From Octopus sinensis (lineage: Eukaryota), in NCBI RefSeq assembly GCF_006345805.1, contig NC_043006.1, forward strand, positions 44,206,001 through 44,270,000: a DNA stretch of 64,000 nt, in the 5' to 3' direction. The notes under the pieces are model-generated. The model was not told where the DNA came from. It searched no databases and worked only from the letters and a program-made list of their open reading frames with translations. The position numbers and the translations under genes were made by a program. Shown here piece by piece: positions 25,572 through 39,597 of this stretch (its first letter is position 1; each line of letters begins with the position of its first letter).

Positions 25572-25925
25572 GTGGAAGTGCAATGGCCCAGTGGTTAGGG
25601 CAGCAGACTCATGGTCATAGGATCATGGTTTCAATTCCCAGATTGGGTGTTGTGAGTGTTTATTGAGCTAAAACACCTAAAAGCTCCACAAGGCTCCAGT
25701 AGGGGGTTGTTGTGAACCCTGCTGTACTCTTTCACCACAACTTTCTCTCACTCTTTCTTCCTGTTTTTGTTGTACCTGTATTTTCAAAGGGCCAGCCTTG
25801 TCACACACTGTGTCATGCTGAATCTCCCTGAAAACTACATTAAGGGTACACGTGTCTGTGGAATGCTCAGCTACTTGCACATTAATTTCAACTGGAACCC
25901 TTGTCATCATAACTCACAGAGTGCC
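25572..25925 (+). mobile_element. tRNA-headed SINE, family E
   Basis: A box tggcccagtgg, B box ggtttcaattcc; 3' part shared with the D-type copies at 51.8 and 57.6 kb. Confidence 0.7.
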
Positions 25926-26424
25926 ATGACACAGCCACACCTGCACCAAAAAAAATGTACATTTTTCAAAAAAAGTCACCCCAGATCCTATATGGGAAGT
26001 TAGACCTCCCACAAGCTGTAATATATTAGAATCTTTTTTTTAACTGATTACGTGCTGCTGAAATTGGGATGTGTCTAATAAATATGCTTGTATGTTTTTT
26101 ATGCCATCAAATACAGTACATGGTTTTACTAGTTGTATTATTACTGCATGCTTTCACTGCTTAACTGAACAAAGCCTTGTGTGTCCCTTAGGTATGTACA
26201 GTGTTTTTATTTTCATCATTGTATTAATAGTAGTGCTCTACATGTGTTACAATCCCAGGTGGTGCTAATTTTGTGTGTGAGTAAATGCAAGAATTTAAGA
26301 AACGTATTTATGTCACTTAATAATTTTGGTTCTTATATGCTTTTTGGTAAGAGGTAGAGATGGTTATTGCTTTCTTATTTCCAGATATTTTTACATATTC
26401 AACCCTCAAGCATTTACATTACTC

Positions 26425-26611
26425 TCTCTTTACTCTCTTACTTGTTTCAGTCATTTGACTGTGGCCATGCTGGAGCACCGCCTTTAGTCGAGCAAATTCT
26501 TGGATTTATTCTTTGTAAGCCTAGTACTTATTCTATGGTCTCTTTTGCTGAACCGCTAAGTTACGGGGACGTAAACACACCAGCATCAGTTGTCAAGCGA
26601 TGACAACACAG

Positions 26612-26668
<57 letters not shown>

Positions 26669-26837
26669 CATATATACGACGGGCTTCTTTCAGTTTCCGT
26701 CTACCAAATCCACTCACAAGGCTTTGGTTGGCCCGAGGCTATAGTAGAAGACACTTGCCCAAGGTGCCACGCAGTGGGACTGAACCCGGAAGCATGTAGT
26801 TCGTAAGCTACTTACCACACAGCCACTCCTACGCCTA
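26425..26837 (-). mobile_element. Young, near full-length SINE family B (internal (TA)n)
   Basis: CpG-retaining copy running from head ggcgtaggagtggctgtgtgg to tail gactgaaacaagtaagagag. Confidence 0.92.
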
Positions 26838-26844
26838 TATTACT

Positions 26845-27030
26845 CCAAATGTAATCCACATTTTTTAAAAACAATCATGCATTATCTCGTAGCTTTGAGA
26901 TTTCGATGATGTGATTGCTTATTTTTAGAATGACATTGTAGGGTAGGCGCAAGCGGTTAAATCTGGTCAGTTTGAACATAGAACTGGTAGAATATTTTGG
27001 CCGGAGATGGCCTGTTTAAATGCTAAAGGA
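26845..27030. mobile_element. TTAA/piggyBac-type MITE family 2 (partial)
   Basis: Matches 28766-28984; ends gtttaaatgctaaagg. Confidence 0.7.
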
Positions 27031-28104
27031 CTACATAATTCCTCCATCTCTGTCAGCAACTGTTATTAAAATATTATTTAGCAGCTGTTATCTTTAATAA
27101 CGATAAAACTGAGGATATTCATTAAGAGGAGGGAGAAATGTATTTAATTTAGGGCTTCATATTTCTGGATTTGAATCTTTCCAAGTAACAGAAATAACAA
27201 GGGAGCCAGGAGAAAAAAAAATTGGAAAAGGAGATGTTTAAAGGAGTGGTGAAAGAGAAGGAAAGCGATGAAAAGTAGGAGGCAGGGAGGGGAGGAAGGG
27301 AAACTTTGCTAGTTTGCTTTAAATGTCTCTAACATAATGTTCTCTATGCAATTTTATATTTTGTTTCTTGACCCAGTTTGGTAGAATCGGTCAAAATAAC
27401 AACTGTTGCATGTTGTCCAACAGAGAGAGAGAGAGTGAGAGGGAAACCAAGATGAGAGAGGGAGAGAAAGTGAGAGAAAAATAAAGAGAGAAGAGGGAGA
27501 AAGAAAGTATAAGGTTTTCTTATTAAATAGGTCTTCCTTCAAACAGATGACTATAGGGAATCTTTTTCTCCTCTTCCTCCACACCAGAGCCCTTCATAGT
27601 GTGCACACACTCACACATTCACACACACACACACACACACATAAAAACCACATATACACACAGCTATCTGAGTGGCCAATTAGTCTGTGGCATTTCTGGT
27701 TATTATTCCAGTTAAAATGTAAAACTGGTAAGGAAAGCTCATAACAGAACAACTAGTTTAAGAAATAGAAGGGAAATGAAAACAGTAGTAGTGGTAGTGG
27801 TAGTAGTAGTAGTAGTAGTAGTAGTAGTATTGGTGGTGGTAGCAGTGGTACCAACTGTGTATGTTCAGAATTTGTTTATTTCATTTTTTTTTTTGACATA
27901 GTAAATAAAGATAAACAATAGCTACACACCAACACACACACACACATTCGTGTGTGTGCGTGCACCCAAAAAGCCTATTTCCAATGTCAGTGTTTAAAGT
28001 GACAGACATTTTTGTGCGTGCGTGCGTGTGTGCGTCAGTACACAACTGCACTCCAAAGATCACAATGCTTGTGCCAACATACACAAGCATAGTAAATTAT
28101 GCAT

Positions 28105-28400
28105 ATAGATGTACATCATCATCATCATCATCGTCATCATTAAACATCTCTTTCATACTAACAGGAGTTGGAAAGGCGTGACAGGATCTGACAAGCTGGA
28201 AGACTGACAGCATCGAGCTCTGATATCTGCTTTGGTATAGTTTCTATGGCTGGATGCCCTTCCTAACACTAACAATTATCCAGAGTCTACTGGGTGCTTT
28301 CCCCCCACCCCACCCCATGGCACTGATACTAATGAAGTCGCCATGAAGCTCACAAGACTAAAATGGCCCCATAACTGAATTGGGGGAGAGAAATGGCTTT
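28105..28400 (-). mobile_element. RTE 3'-tail fragment (family C)
   Basis: (CAT)n followed by ...ggctggatgcccttcctaacactaac. Confidence 0.7.
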
Positions 28401-28765
28401 ATGCCAAGTGTTGAGAAGCTAGAGTATGAAAGAGGGACAGGCCCAGGTGACTTACTATACATGAGATATATATAACTAACCTGCATAATATAAGAACGGG
28501 TAGCTGGGAAAGGAAATGAGTCACGTGTGATGAGGTGTAACGATGGTATTTTATCTTGTCTCCGAAAGTTATAAAAATTTTATCAATAGACAAGTTAGCT
28601 AACTCCATTAAAAATGCTAGCTAGTGATAGAGACCATAGATGAGCACACATATTTAAATAAATTCATATATGCATAAACTCAAACACTAATTTATAGATA
28701 TAAAATTAATATGAAATCTCTCCAATTTCACAAAATTCCATTATCCAAAATCAGACCATAATTAA

Positions 28766-28984
28766 CCCTTTAGCACTCAAATTCCTCTGTCAAATGTCAT
28801 GCTTATTATTCACACTGTTTTGAATTAATCATGCATTGTCTTGTAGCTTTGAGATTTCAATGATGTGATTGTTTATTTTAAGAATGACATAGTAAGGTTG
28901 GTGTGAAAGGTTGGATCTGCCCAGTTTGAACATAAAACAGCTAGAATATTTGGGCCAGATACGACCTGTTTAAATGCTAAAGGG
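28766..28984. mobile_element. TTAA/piggyBac-type MITE family 2, complete
   Basis: ttaa|ccctttagca ... tgctaaaggg|ttaa inverted ends with TTAA TSD. Confidence 0.9.
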
Positions 28985-29269
28985 TTAATCAACACATTTA
29001 CAACTACAACCATCAACAACAATATCTATGTTCTAGGTCATTATTGTTTATCAACGTAGGCAAAAAGAGGGGTGCAGTAACCCTATTTACACACAAGTTA
29101 TCAATGCTCTTCCAATTTCTGAAGTCACATTTGGATCTGACCAGACAGCAGATGCTTATATGCCATGATTGGAGAGCAAGGTGTATTTAGGTATACCGAC
29201 AAAGTTCAGAAATAATATAAAGAATGAAAAACTCTGCGCAAAATGCCAGAAACGACACTCTTAACTATA

Positions 29270-29675
29270 TATTTATTCTCGTTTCAGTTATTGAACTCCA
29301 ACCATGCTGGGACACCTATTTACAGGATCTAATAAAAAAAAAACTGACTCCCACTACTTTTCGTTTTTTTATAAAAACCTGGTATTTATTCTATCAGTTT
29401 CTTTTGCAAAACACCAGCTGTCAAATAGTGGTGGCGGCAGCAGTGGTGATGGTGGTGGTGGTGGTGGGTAGCAAGCAAAAACACAAGAACACACACACAC
29501 ACAATTTTATACAACAGGCTTCCACACAGTTTCCATTTCCTAAATTTATTCACAAGGTATTGGTCAGCTGAGGGGGTTGTAGTAGAAGACACTTGCCCAA
29601 GGTGTCACACACTAGGACTGAGCCCCAAACCACATGGTTGCAAAACAAGCTTCTTAACCATATAGCCGATCCTGT
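29270..29675 (-). mobile_element. SINE family B (degenerate)
   Basis: gtagaagacacttgcccaaggtgtcacac...ttaaccatatagcc. Confidence 0.75.
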
Positions 29676-30055
29676 GCCTACCACACACACTTTAAATAAA
29701 TTATTCATCTATAACACTTCATTATTGTATTTAGTTTGCAAGATTCTTAATGTGAATTCGTGGGTTGAAACAAATTTTGTTGTGTCTGGGGAGAGTCACA
29801 CTGCCTTAATATCTAACACACTCACCAGTTCATTTATTATTTATATATTTATATATTTCCCATTCCAAAATTTTTGTTGCTTTTGTAACCTTGTCAACGG
29901 CGACATCTATTGACAAGGGACAAGGTTACAAAAGCAATGAAAATTTTGGAAAGGAAAAAATATAAATAATAGATGAGTGGAAATTGAGCGGTGACTGTGT
30001 TAGATATCAAGGCAGTGTGACTCTCCCCAGACACAACAAAATTATCTATATGTAA

Positions 30056-30277
30056 CCCTTTCGATACCAACCTAGTTGAAACTGCCTCTGGTTCTGTAGT
30101 ACAAATGTCTTGTTTTCATAAGTTTTGAATTAAAATCTTCCACCAAACCTTAGTCACAATTTATGTTCCTAACACCAGCTTAATGATTGCTAAGTTATTT
30201 TACTAAATTCTTTGCTATACTTATAATTAATTGAAAGAAACACAGAGTATCTCAAAATAAATACAGTAACAAAAGGG
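30056..30277. mobile_element. TTAA/piggyBac-type MITE family 1
   Basis: taa|ccctttcgatacca ... aacaaaaggg|ttaa. Confidence 0.88.
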
Positions 30278-30643
30278 TTAATAATATTAATTTTAATAGA
30301 TCATATTTAATAAGGAATGAACAATATATAAGTGGGACTACCATCAGTGTGCAGTGTTCCCATTTCCATTCCATATTAGATAATGAGGACAAATATTTGA
30401 TCCAGTTTTTAATACAGAAATGAAAACAAAAGGAAATTTATATTTCTCTACATATGTCGTTAGTATTTGAATGTTTTGCTCTGCCAACTATTGCAGCCAC
30501 AAATACTTAAAGAAATTGAGGTGCTATGTTGTTTTGTGTAGTGTATAACCCATAGCTTTTCAAGTACGTGGCATGGGGTTCATTGTGCAAGCATTCATAA
30601 AAACAGCCAAACATAAACTGAAAAATTACTCCTGTGTGTGTGT

Positions 30644-30688
<45 letters not shown>

Positions 30689-30859
30689 AGGGAGAAAGAG
30701 TTTCTGAATATTCTTTACATTTACTCTTGTTCCTTTCACCTAGCCTTTCTCACATTTCTGCTGTCATTGCTCCTTCTCTCTCTCGTTCTCGCAGAGGAAA
30801 GTGTAGAATTGTGAGGTCTCTTCAGCCTTGTCCCAACAAATGCTTGTCAACAACTATAG

Positions 30860-31050
30860 TGCTTGGTGCCATGAAAAAATACACTCGCTATACTCTGTAA
30901 AGTGGTTGGCAATAGGAAGGACATCCCACTACAGAAACCATGTCAACTGACATATATGAAGTACCAATCTAAGGAAACAGTGGCTCCCAATAAGAAATGA
31001 CCCATCCAATATGGAAAGCAGACATATGATGATAATGATGACGATCACGA
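30860..31050 (+). mobile_element. RTE 3'-tail fragment (family C, degenerate)
   Basis: gtggttggcaataggaaggacatccc...atggaaagcagacat with (GAT)n-like tail. Confidence 0.6.
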
Positions 31051-31214
31051 TATCTTGTTTCTCATAGAGGGGACACAAAAAAGCTATCAAAGAATCAAAC
31101 ACTAGACAAATTGACCCCTAATTTTCTGTTTATGCCACTTGTCTTGTGTCACTCCATCTCCCATCTCTGCATCACCCATGAACCCATGAGGAGCACATCA
31201 TCCTCATCACCATA

Positions 31215-31350
31215 TATTAAATCCACTCACAAAGCTTTGGTTGGTCTGAGGTTAAAGTAGAAGACACTTGCCCAAGGTGCCATGCAGTAAGACTGAACCG
31301 GGAACCATGTGGTTGTGAAGAAAGCTTCTCGCTACACAACTGTGCCTGTG
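31215..31350 (-). mobile_element. SINE family B head fragment
   Basis: aaatccactcacaaagctttggttgg...gacacttgcccaaggtgcc. Confidence 0.75.
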
Positions 31351-31479
31351 TCTATCTACATTTCTTGTGTACAAAGCACCTTCCTCAACTGCTCTTGTGC
31401 TTGTACCATAATGAAAATTCACCAAATCATACCACATCTAGAGGAACCAATGAGCATGACAACCTCTCTAGAGCTGGTG

Positions 31480-31800
31480 TCACAAAAAAAAACGACCCCT
31501 GTGTGCACTGAAAAGCGGTTGGCATATAAGCAGAGAAAGTGTAGGATTGTAAGGTTCTTAGAGTCCTGTTTTATTGAGGACTATCACATTTCAAGCATTG
31601 GTTCTATGAGAAAATACACCCAATACACCTCTGTAAAGTAGCTGGTGAGACAAAGAGCACCCAGCTATAGAAACCAACCAAAGTACGTACAAGCACTGGT
31701 CTACAAGAGCAGTGGCTCACACAAAAAAAAATAAATAAATGACTCAGACTATGATGAGCCATCCAACACATGCCAGCATGGAAAGCAGATGCAAAATAGC
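31480..31800 (+). mobile_element. RTE 3'-tail fragments (family C, degenerate)
   Basis: gcggttggcatataag...cacccagctatagaaacc...gccagcatggaaagcagatg. Confidence 0.5.
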
Positions 31801-32329
31801 AGCAGTATTGATGGTAATGATAGCGGTGGCGGAGGCGGCAGCAGACGTGGTGGTGATGGTGATGATGGATATATTAGATGAGGGAGAATGATAAACTTGT
31901 ACAATAGAAATTATTTCAATTACTCTGCTAAAAATAATAGTGATTGAAACAAATATGGAAGGAATTGCTTTAAAAAAGAAATCGTTAGAATTAATTAAAA
32001 GGAAATGATATTTCTATTAGCTTGTCACTTAAAAAACTAAATTAATTGATAATGCTCAACATTTGGCAAATGCTTTATTCCAATTGACAATAAATACACT
32101 AAAGGTCAACTAATTTTAATTAATATATGGAGCTTTCCCATCTTTAAAATCTTTCCAGTTTTACAAATATGAGGAAAATAGAAGTAAACATTAACCACTC
32201 ATTTATAAATCAAATAAAGATGCCAGACTTCAGTCATCAGCATCATAATATCCAATTTTCCATGCTTGCATGAGTCAGAAGGAGACAGTAAAACACACAC
32301 ACACACACACACACACACATGCAATACAT

Positions 32330-32492
32330 ATGATAGGCTTCTTTCAGTTTCCATCTACTAAAGCCACTCACAAGACTTTGGTTGGCCTAAGTCAATAGCA
32401 GAAGAGACTTGCCCAAGGTGTCATGCAATGGGATTGAACCTGGAACCATGTGGTTAGGAAGCAAACTTCTTACCACACAGCCTCATCTGCAC
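32330..32492 (-). mobile_element. SINE family B head fragment
   Basis: ggcttctttcagtttcc...acttgcccaagg...ttaccacacagcc. Confidence 0.8.
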
Positions 32493-32574
32493 CAGTACAT
32501 TTATTAACTTATATCTTTACATCAAAGATAAAAGAAAATCTAATTTTCTAATCACAATCATCATTTTACCTCCA

Positions 32575-32830
32575 CAATTTCCATGCTGGCATTGATTGGA
32601 CTATTAATATCATTATCATCATTATTTTACATCCATTTCCCCACGCAAGCATGGATCAGATGGAATTTCTACAGTTGGATGCCCTTCCTGTTGCCTACCC
32701 TCAAGCAAGGTAATATTTCCCTGTGACCAGACATGTTTTCCATTGAAGACTGAAAATAAACAACACTGCTTGTATGATGGTGATACTCATTTACAACCAT
32801 CATACCATCACACGATTCAAAGACAAAGGT
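32575..32830 (-). mobile_element. RTE-tail variant fragment
   Basis: ttccatgctggca...ctacagttggatgcccttcctgttgcc...aggtaatatttccc; a related copy lies at 38590-38810. Confidence 0.6.
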
Positions 32831-33344
32831 ACACACGCACACATACCAGCATATACATATGCATATATATGTATGCGTGCACACATGCATCCTCATCCAT
32901 ATATAATTTAATTAATTAATCCTTTCTGGGAGAATTTTCTTCTTAATTGTTGGCAGTATTAAGTTAGAAATGGCATTGGCTAATACTGGTCAAAGTTTAT
33001 CTGAGTTACAAATAATTACTCTATTTGAAACAGAAGAAAACTGAATTTGATATCAGTAATTATAGATCGATATTCTTAGTCAACAGCTAGATCTTATCCC
33101 TTAATAGGATTTTCATTGAAATAAATAATTGATAAGAAAACTTTATTTAGATATCTGTATGTCAAATTTAATGCAGATATATTGCAAAAAGGCAAATTAA
33201 GTGAGGTGTTCATTTGGAGATAACATTTCTTATGGACATACTGTGTTTAAAATGACTAAAATATAACAGTAGCAGGTGAAAATTATCCAGCAGTGGCAGT
33301 GAAGATACTAGATGCACATTTCTGCCTTACTGGACTCCATCAGC

Positions 33345-33567
33345 AATATAGAGTCAGTTTCCTGGTTTCTCTGGTGTATATAAATTTTCCCTGGACAGGA
33401 CGCTGGTCAATTAGAGGAATATTCATTTGTAACAACAGAGTGAACTCAAGCAACATGAAATGAAGTGTTTTGCTCGAAAACACAAGACATTGCCTGGACC
33501 AGGAATCGAATCCACAATTTTATGATTATGAGTCCAATACCCCAACCACTAAGCCATGTGCCTCCAC
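33345..33567 (-). mobile_element. SINE family D-type
   Basis: tgaaatgaagtgttttgctc...ggaatcgaa...aaccactaagccatgtgcctcc (reverse tRNA head). Confidence 0.75.
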
Positions 33568-34166
33568 AACCATCTGTAAGCTAAGAAAAAATCCATTACT
33601 ACTGATTTAGGAAAAGGAGACTGAAAAAAATCACTGATGTTGCAATTAGCCAGCAAGCTGAATAAAAACCCATTTTGTGCAACAGAAGCAGTATTACATT
33701 AAAATAGCCATCACATTTATTTAAAAAATTTTCCTTGATATGACCAGTTAAATTTATACACATCATGCTTTAGGGCATCTCACTAAAAATATTTGATTCT
33801 GAATAAATACAAAAACGTATGTGGTATATGTCAACATATAAAAGACATTTGATACTGTAAAAATAAATCCACCTACACGGTTATGATATAAATGGAAATG
33901 TATTGGGATGGCTCAAAGGCAACTAATAAAATACGAGGCAATTCACATAAGTATTGCACTATGATTCCAAATATAACTATATATATATATACAATGGTAT
34001 AACAATCAGTCTTGAATCTTATACAAATAATGTTTATAAACAACTTTTTTTTTTATTAATAAACTGTATAACATACATTATTGCTTAACTGATTATACAA
34101 ATCTGATACAGCACAACTCAGAACCCATTTCTATAACAGGAATTATAACAACAAAAATTCACAGTA

Positions 34167-34471
34167 ATGATGATGATGATAATGATGATGATGATGGACT
34201 CTCCCATCGAAGACAACGTATGAGTGCTCAGCTTTTGCCAAATATTCTGTACAAATATGTTTATAGTGATCAAAGGTATGTGCTGTACATTAGCTCATGC
34301 TCTCCAACAATTCAACGTTGCCTGGACAGATGCATTGGTGTACCATGCATCAGGGCAAAGTGAGATGAAGTGTTTTGCTCAAGAACACAATGCACCACCC
34401 GGTCTAGGAATTGAAACCACGGTCTTGTTGTCATGGGTACAACACCCTAAGCACTAAGCCATGCACCCTCA
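34167..34471 (-). mobile_element. SINE family D-type with (CAT)n tail
   Basis: gatgaagtgttttgctcaagaacacaa...cactaagccatgcaccctc. Confidence 0.7.
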
Positions 34472-34472
34472 G

Positions 34473-34700
34473 TAATAATAATAATAATCCTTTCTACTAA
34501 AGGCACAAGGCCTGAAATTTTGGGAGAGGGGACCAGTCGATTACATCAACCCTAGTGCTCAACTGGAACTTATTTTTTTATCAACTCCAAAGGAATGAAA
34601 GACAAAATAAACCTCAGCAGAATTTGAACTCAGAATGTGAAGACAGACAAAATGCCACTAAGCATTTTGTCAGGGATGCTAATGATTCTGCCAGCTCACT
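34473..34700 (-). mobile_element. SINE family A with (ATT)n tail
   Basis: Complete family A sequence on the minus strand. Confidence 0.87.
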
Positions 34701-34782
34701 TCTTTGTTGTTGCTGTTGATGATGGTGATGAGGAGAGGGGGAGGAGGGGGAGATGGGGTGGGGAGGAGGAGGAGATGAGGAT

Positions 34783-35136
34783 AGTGGGGGGGAGCATCAT
34801 AGCCATGCGTTGAGAGGAATTCTTTGGGGTTTGGATAATTCACCTTTGGAAACATGGGTGTTTTGTTCAACATCCTTAAACAACCCTTATTCAGAGACCT
34901 TTTGAGCAGGATGGGCTACTCGACCTGAAAAAAATTCTAACTGTGCCCCACCTGCAAGGTCATGCGCTGTTAATCTTGATATGAGATCACCATGTCACGC
35001 ACATGTAGTTGTGATGCATGTGCCTAGTGTACCCTTATCAGATGGATAGTCATGATGGGTATACTGGGCTTTGTATATTTTACCCCAGTGTCACTTTGAT
35101 GGCATGCAAATGCTCTTTCACTCCATAATAATAATA
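34783..35136 (+). mobile_element. (TAA)n-tailed retroelement fragment
   Basis: Reverse-complement match to 61953-62270; ends ...gctctttcactcc(ata)n. Confidence 0.75.
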
Positions 35137-35244
35137 AAACATCAACTACAGTCTTAAACACTTTATAATTTGGCTCATCATTGAATATAGACAATAGTGA
35201 AATAGTATTTTTCAGGAAATTTAAAATATATACTTAGAGATGAA

Positions 35245-35640
35245 AACATGGTTGTGTGGTTAAGAAACTTGCTTTGCAACCATGTGGTTTTGGGTTCAAT
35301 TCCTCTGCATGGTGCCTTGGGCAAGTGTCCTTTGCTATAGTTCAGGGTTGACCTTGTGAATTGGTAGACAGAAATTGTGTGGAAACATTTCGTATATGTG
35401 AATATATACACATATGTGCATGTATTTGTGTACATTCATGCATACATGTGTGTCAATGTTTGTCCCCCAGAGTTGGTTTGTTTATGTTCCTATAATTTAG
35501 CAGTTGAGCAGTAGTAACTGGTAGAATGATTGCCACACTTAAAAAAATAAGTACTAGTGTTGATATGTTTGCCTAAAGCACTTTAAGAAATGGTGCCTTA
35601 GCATGGCCACAGCCCAATGACTTAAAAGGCACAATGTAAG
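35245..35640 (+). mobile_element. SINE family B (degenerate)
   Basis: catggttgtgtggttaagaaacttgc...ccttgggcaagtgtcc...agcatggccacagccc. Confidence 0.8.
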
Positions 35641-36379
35641 ACAGAAAAGCATTTATTTGTTTATTGAATGTTCTCAGAAATGAAAAACAAACTGGAGTAT
35701 TATTTCTCAAAACACCACTAAAATAATTACTCAATATTCAATAGTCAAAACCTCTGTTTGAGGAAACAACATCAAATAATTGAAAAAGTTTAATGAGATT
35801 AGCCTAACTCAACTAGAAAAAATAATCACAATATTTAATCTACAATCAAAACCACTCTCTTCCTTTAAGAATATATTTTTAAAGGAATTACCAAAACGTT
35901 AATCCTCTGGAAGTCCTTTTGATTGTTTCAAGATCAACGCTGTATACAAACAAGACCACAACAGAATTACAACTTAAAACAACATTCACTAACTTGTGCA
36001 ACTAATTATATGCGAACTACAAAATTAAGAAAACCACAACAAACCGACCATTAGCAAGGGGGTGGACCTAAAGAAATATTTACCGATACTAGAATGGGTT
36101 GGATAAAAATAAACCTGAAAGCTTTTACAAATGAAAATAAATTTGAGTTTAGAGATTTGATTACAAACTACTAACAATAAAGTTGCTGTTTCAGTATTCA
36201 TACATATATTACACCCATGAATAGTTTTCCACTATTGTGAAAGAAACAACACATTGCTATATTCATTTAACCCATATAAGAATTGACAATGTTTTCTAAT
36301 TGCACACAAGGCTGATTATATGGGGCAGGGTAAGAAGGAAGAAAAGTAAATTGAGCTATATCCTTTTATATTTTACATT

Positions 36380-36750
36380 GTGAAGGCACATGACCTAGTG
36401 GTTGGGGCATTGCACTCACAATGATTGTGGGTGGGTTCAGTTCTCCGACCAGACAGTGTGTCATATTCTTGAGCAAAGCATTCATTTCATGTTGCTCTAG
36501 AACTGTGTGGGGAGCAGCATGTTAAAAAAAACAGGCCCAACTTTTCTTCTGCATGTCATAAAAGGTGACTAAAGAGGCTGAGATAGGACTTGCACACCAA
36601 CCTCGTAAAACCCTCATCAGCAATGAATACCCAGACAGATCCATGGGATGGAGAATTGTTGCCAGAGTGGTGCAAAGATGTCAGCCACCAGAAGTAGGGA
36701 ATCATCAACAAATAGTGACAGCAGCAATGCACCGTTACAACACATGCTCC
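36380..36750 (+). mobile_element. D-type SINE head joined to a different, LINE-like body
   Basis: gtgaaggcacatgacctagtggtt...cttgagcaaagcattcatttc, then ctgcatgtcataaaaggtgactaaa... Confidence 0.45.
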
Positions 36751-36759
36751 CATACTACT

Positions 36760-36935
36760 ACTACTACTCACTGGATTGTGGTCATATTGAAGGGTTTAGT
36801 CAAAAAAATTGACCCCAATACTTAATGTTTTAAGTATGGTACGTATTCTATCAGACACTTGCCCAAGATGCCATGCAGTGGAGCTGAACCCAGAACTATG
36901 TGGTTGGAAAATGAACTTCTTAACCACACAAACAC
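36760..36935 (-). mobile_element. SINE family B (internally deleted)
   Basis: Tail piece fused to gacacttgcccaagatgcc...ttaaccacac. Confidence 0.65.
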
Positions 36936-37149
36936 ATGCACACACACACACACACACACGCAGATGCACACATACAAAGAGGCTGGCAAAGATTGGACAA
37001 TAATAAATAAATAATTTCTAAATTAGGCATAGCACTACAACTTTTCAGAAAAAGTACGACAGATTCGATCAACCCCATTAACTGCTGGTTCTTGGTTTAC
37101 TGACCCCGTGACACGTACAGAAAAATGAAATGCAAAGTAAACTCTAGCT

Positions 37150-37424
37150 CAGTGGTTCCCAATATTCTTTGGGCTTCCGCCCCCTCGGCACTTGGGTCAC
37201 AATCCTAGTGCGCCACCCACCCCCTCCCCTACTCACTACCCATCACAAACATTGATCACTTTCTGCAGCAAATTCAAAACAACTGTATTTCACAAATAAA
37301 ACTTAACCTAATTAACCCATTATTTTTGTTGTTCCCAGATGCATTGCTCCCTTCTGGCCACCTCGTTATTGTCCCACTTTTCTTCAATGCCCCACCTGAA
37401 TACTGTCCACTTTGGAAACCACTA
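37150..37424. mobile_element. hAT-type MITE
   Basis: cagtggttcccaa ... ttggaaaccacta inverted ends; 8-bp TSD ctctagct / ctctaact (7/8). Confidence 0.85.
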
Positions 37425-38589
37425 CTCTAACTGGATCTGACTGAATATGTATAGAATATGCAACCATCATCCCAGAATCAATCCTCCGTTCACTGTCCTT
37501 ATAAATAATAAATGAATGATAAAAAAATATGCTCTTTGTGACCTGATTATAACATATTTACTTTTACTCATCACTTAGATTCACTATTTTTCCACAAGTC
37601 ACTCTCATGTTTGTTTATTTTCTTCACATTAGTTTTACAGTTTATTTACCATATATGATATTTTCATTTCGCTCTTCTTAAATAATATAATTAAATGAAC
37701 ATATATATTTTCAGGTTAAGATAACATTTTTCCTCTTTTTTTTTCTTTTTACATCATGAAATAGAATTTATTCTTCAGTTGTTGGAATTTTCATGAAAAA
37801 AAGAAAACAAAAACAGAGAAAAATTTCAATTATGAGAAGTGTATTATTAAATACAATATGTTCCATATGTGCTTAAGATCTAACTACAGTAGAGTTTAAG
37901 GAATGATGGTCTTACAATGAAAAGTAAGTTACAGAACTTAAAAGGTTCAGTCAGCTAGTTTGTACAAAAAAATAAGGTGGGGAAACTACAGAGGGTAAGC
38001 CTCGATTATAATAGAGGCCATTAAACTAAATCAGTGCATAATAACTATTACTGATTTCTAACGATGGCAACCAACCAAAGCATCTACTATAGCCCCAGGC
38101 CAACAAAAGCTTTGTGAGTGGATTTGATAGGTGGAAACTGAAAGAAGCCCATTCAGTGTGTGAATGTGTGCATGCATGTATTTGTATTTACCTTTGTGTA
38201 GATATCATTTTTTTTTTTGGTTATGAGAAATGAGGCTAGGCCCTAGTTTCAACTCTCCTCTTTTTACCCAGGCTTAGAGGATAGGTCAGCATCCTCATTT
38301 GGATAATGAACCAGGTGGTGATCAACTAGTTCGGAGGCATTAAGTGACCTAGTATTTAACAGGTTCTTTTTTGTTGCTGTTGTATCTATAAAGACGAAAA
38401 GCAAAAGTGACCTTGAGGGAATTTCACCATGCCACCAGTAACCATGGCAAAATGCATAGAGCTAGAATAAATATCACAAAGAATTTGTCAGACACTCTAA
38501 TGAGTCTGCCAATTAACAATAGTTATTTAATTATAAGGTATCAATAATAAATAGATGATTTTGATTCATGTTGTTTTTTAAGTTAGTTA

Positions 38590-38810
38590 TCCCTCCAATT
38601 TTTTTCATCATCATTTAATGACCATTTTTCTAGGCAGAATTTATTGGGGCAGATTTTCAACAGGTAGATGCCCTTTCAGTAGCCAACCTTCATCTGTTTC
38701 CTAGCAAGCTAATATTTTCCCATAGCCTGGACATGTTTCACACAGAAGACTAAAAATGAACAATCTCATGTGTATGATGATGATAATGATGCACATTTAC
38801 CGCCATCATA
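38590..38810 (-). mobile_element. RTE-tail variant fragment
   Basis: Similar to 32575-32830. Confidence 0.55.
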
Positions 38811-38844
38811 TGAAGTCTTCCACAACAATACATACAAACACTCA

Positions 38845-39017
38845 CACACACATATACAATGAGCTTCTTTCAGTTTCCACATATGAAATCCACTCACAAG
38901 GCGTTGATTGGTCCGAGCCTATAGTAGAAGACACTTTCCCAGGGGTGCCATGCAGTAGGATTGAACCCAGAGCCATGTGGTTGGGAAGCAAGCTTCTTAA
39001 CCACACAGCCATGCCTG
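38845..39017 (-). mobile_element. SINE family B head fragment
   Basis: gcttctttcagtttcc...gtagaagacac...aaccacacagccatgcc. Confidence 0.8.
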
Positions 39018-39039
39018 AAGATAAATATTGCTTTGAAAT

Positions 39040-39237
39040 TTTGGCACAAGTTCAGGGGGAAGAGGTAAGTCGATTACATTGACCCCCAGGACTCAACTGG
39101 TACTTATTTTATCAACTACAAAAGGATGAAAGGTAAAGTCAACCTCAGCGGAATTTGAACTCAGAATGTAAAGATGGACGAAATGCTGCTAAGCATTGGT
39201 GCTCGACACCATAACGATTCTACCAGCTCACTGCCTT
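39040..39237 (-). mobile_element. SINE family A
   Basis: Family A body and head. Confidence 0.85.
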
Positions 39238-39566
39238 ATGCTTGCAGATATATATTAGTTCCAAATTCAACACAGACAGTAGACATCACCAGTCAGTCGC
39301 AATTTTGATTAAATATGTCATCTACATTGGCGGTTCATCTAGGTTGCCACCCCACCACCAATATTATGAGCTGTTACCAAGCAGTAATAATGTCCAATTT
39401 TGTAGGTGATATATGTACAGTTTACTTCAAAATAGCAGTAGTCACCAACCTGTACTAGTATAGCAATTACTCATCTTTTGTGGCTGATGTCCACACCAGT
39501 CTAACACTTGTACATTATATAATATTTTTAAGAGATGATAATCAATAATACCAATGAATACATACA

Positions 39567-39597
<31 letters not shown>
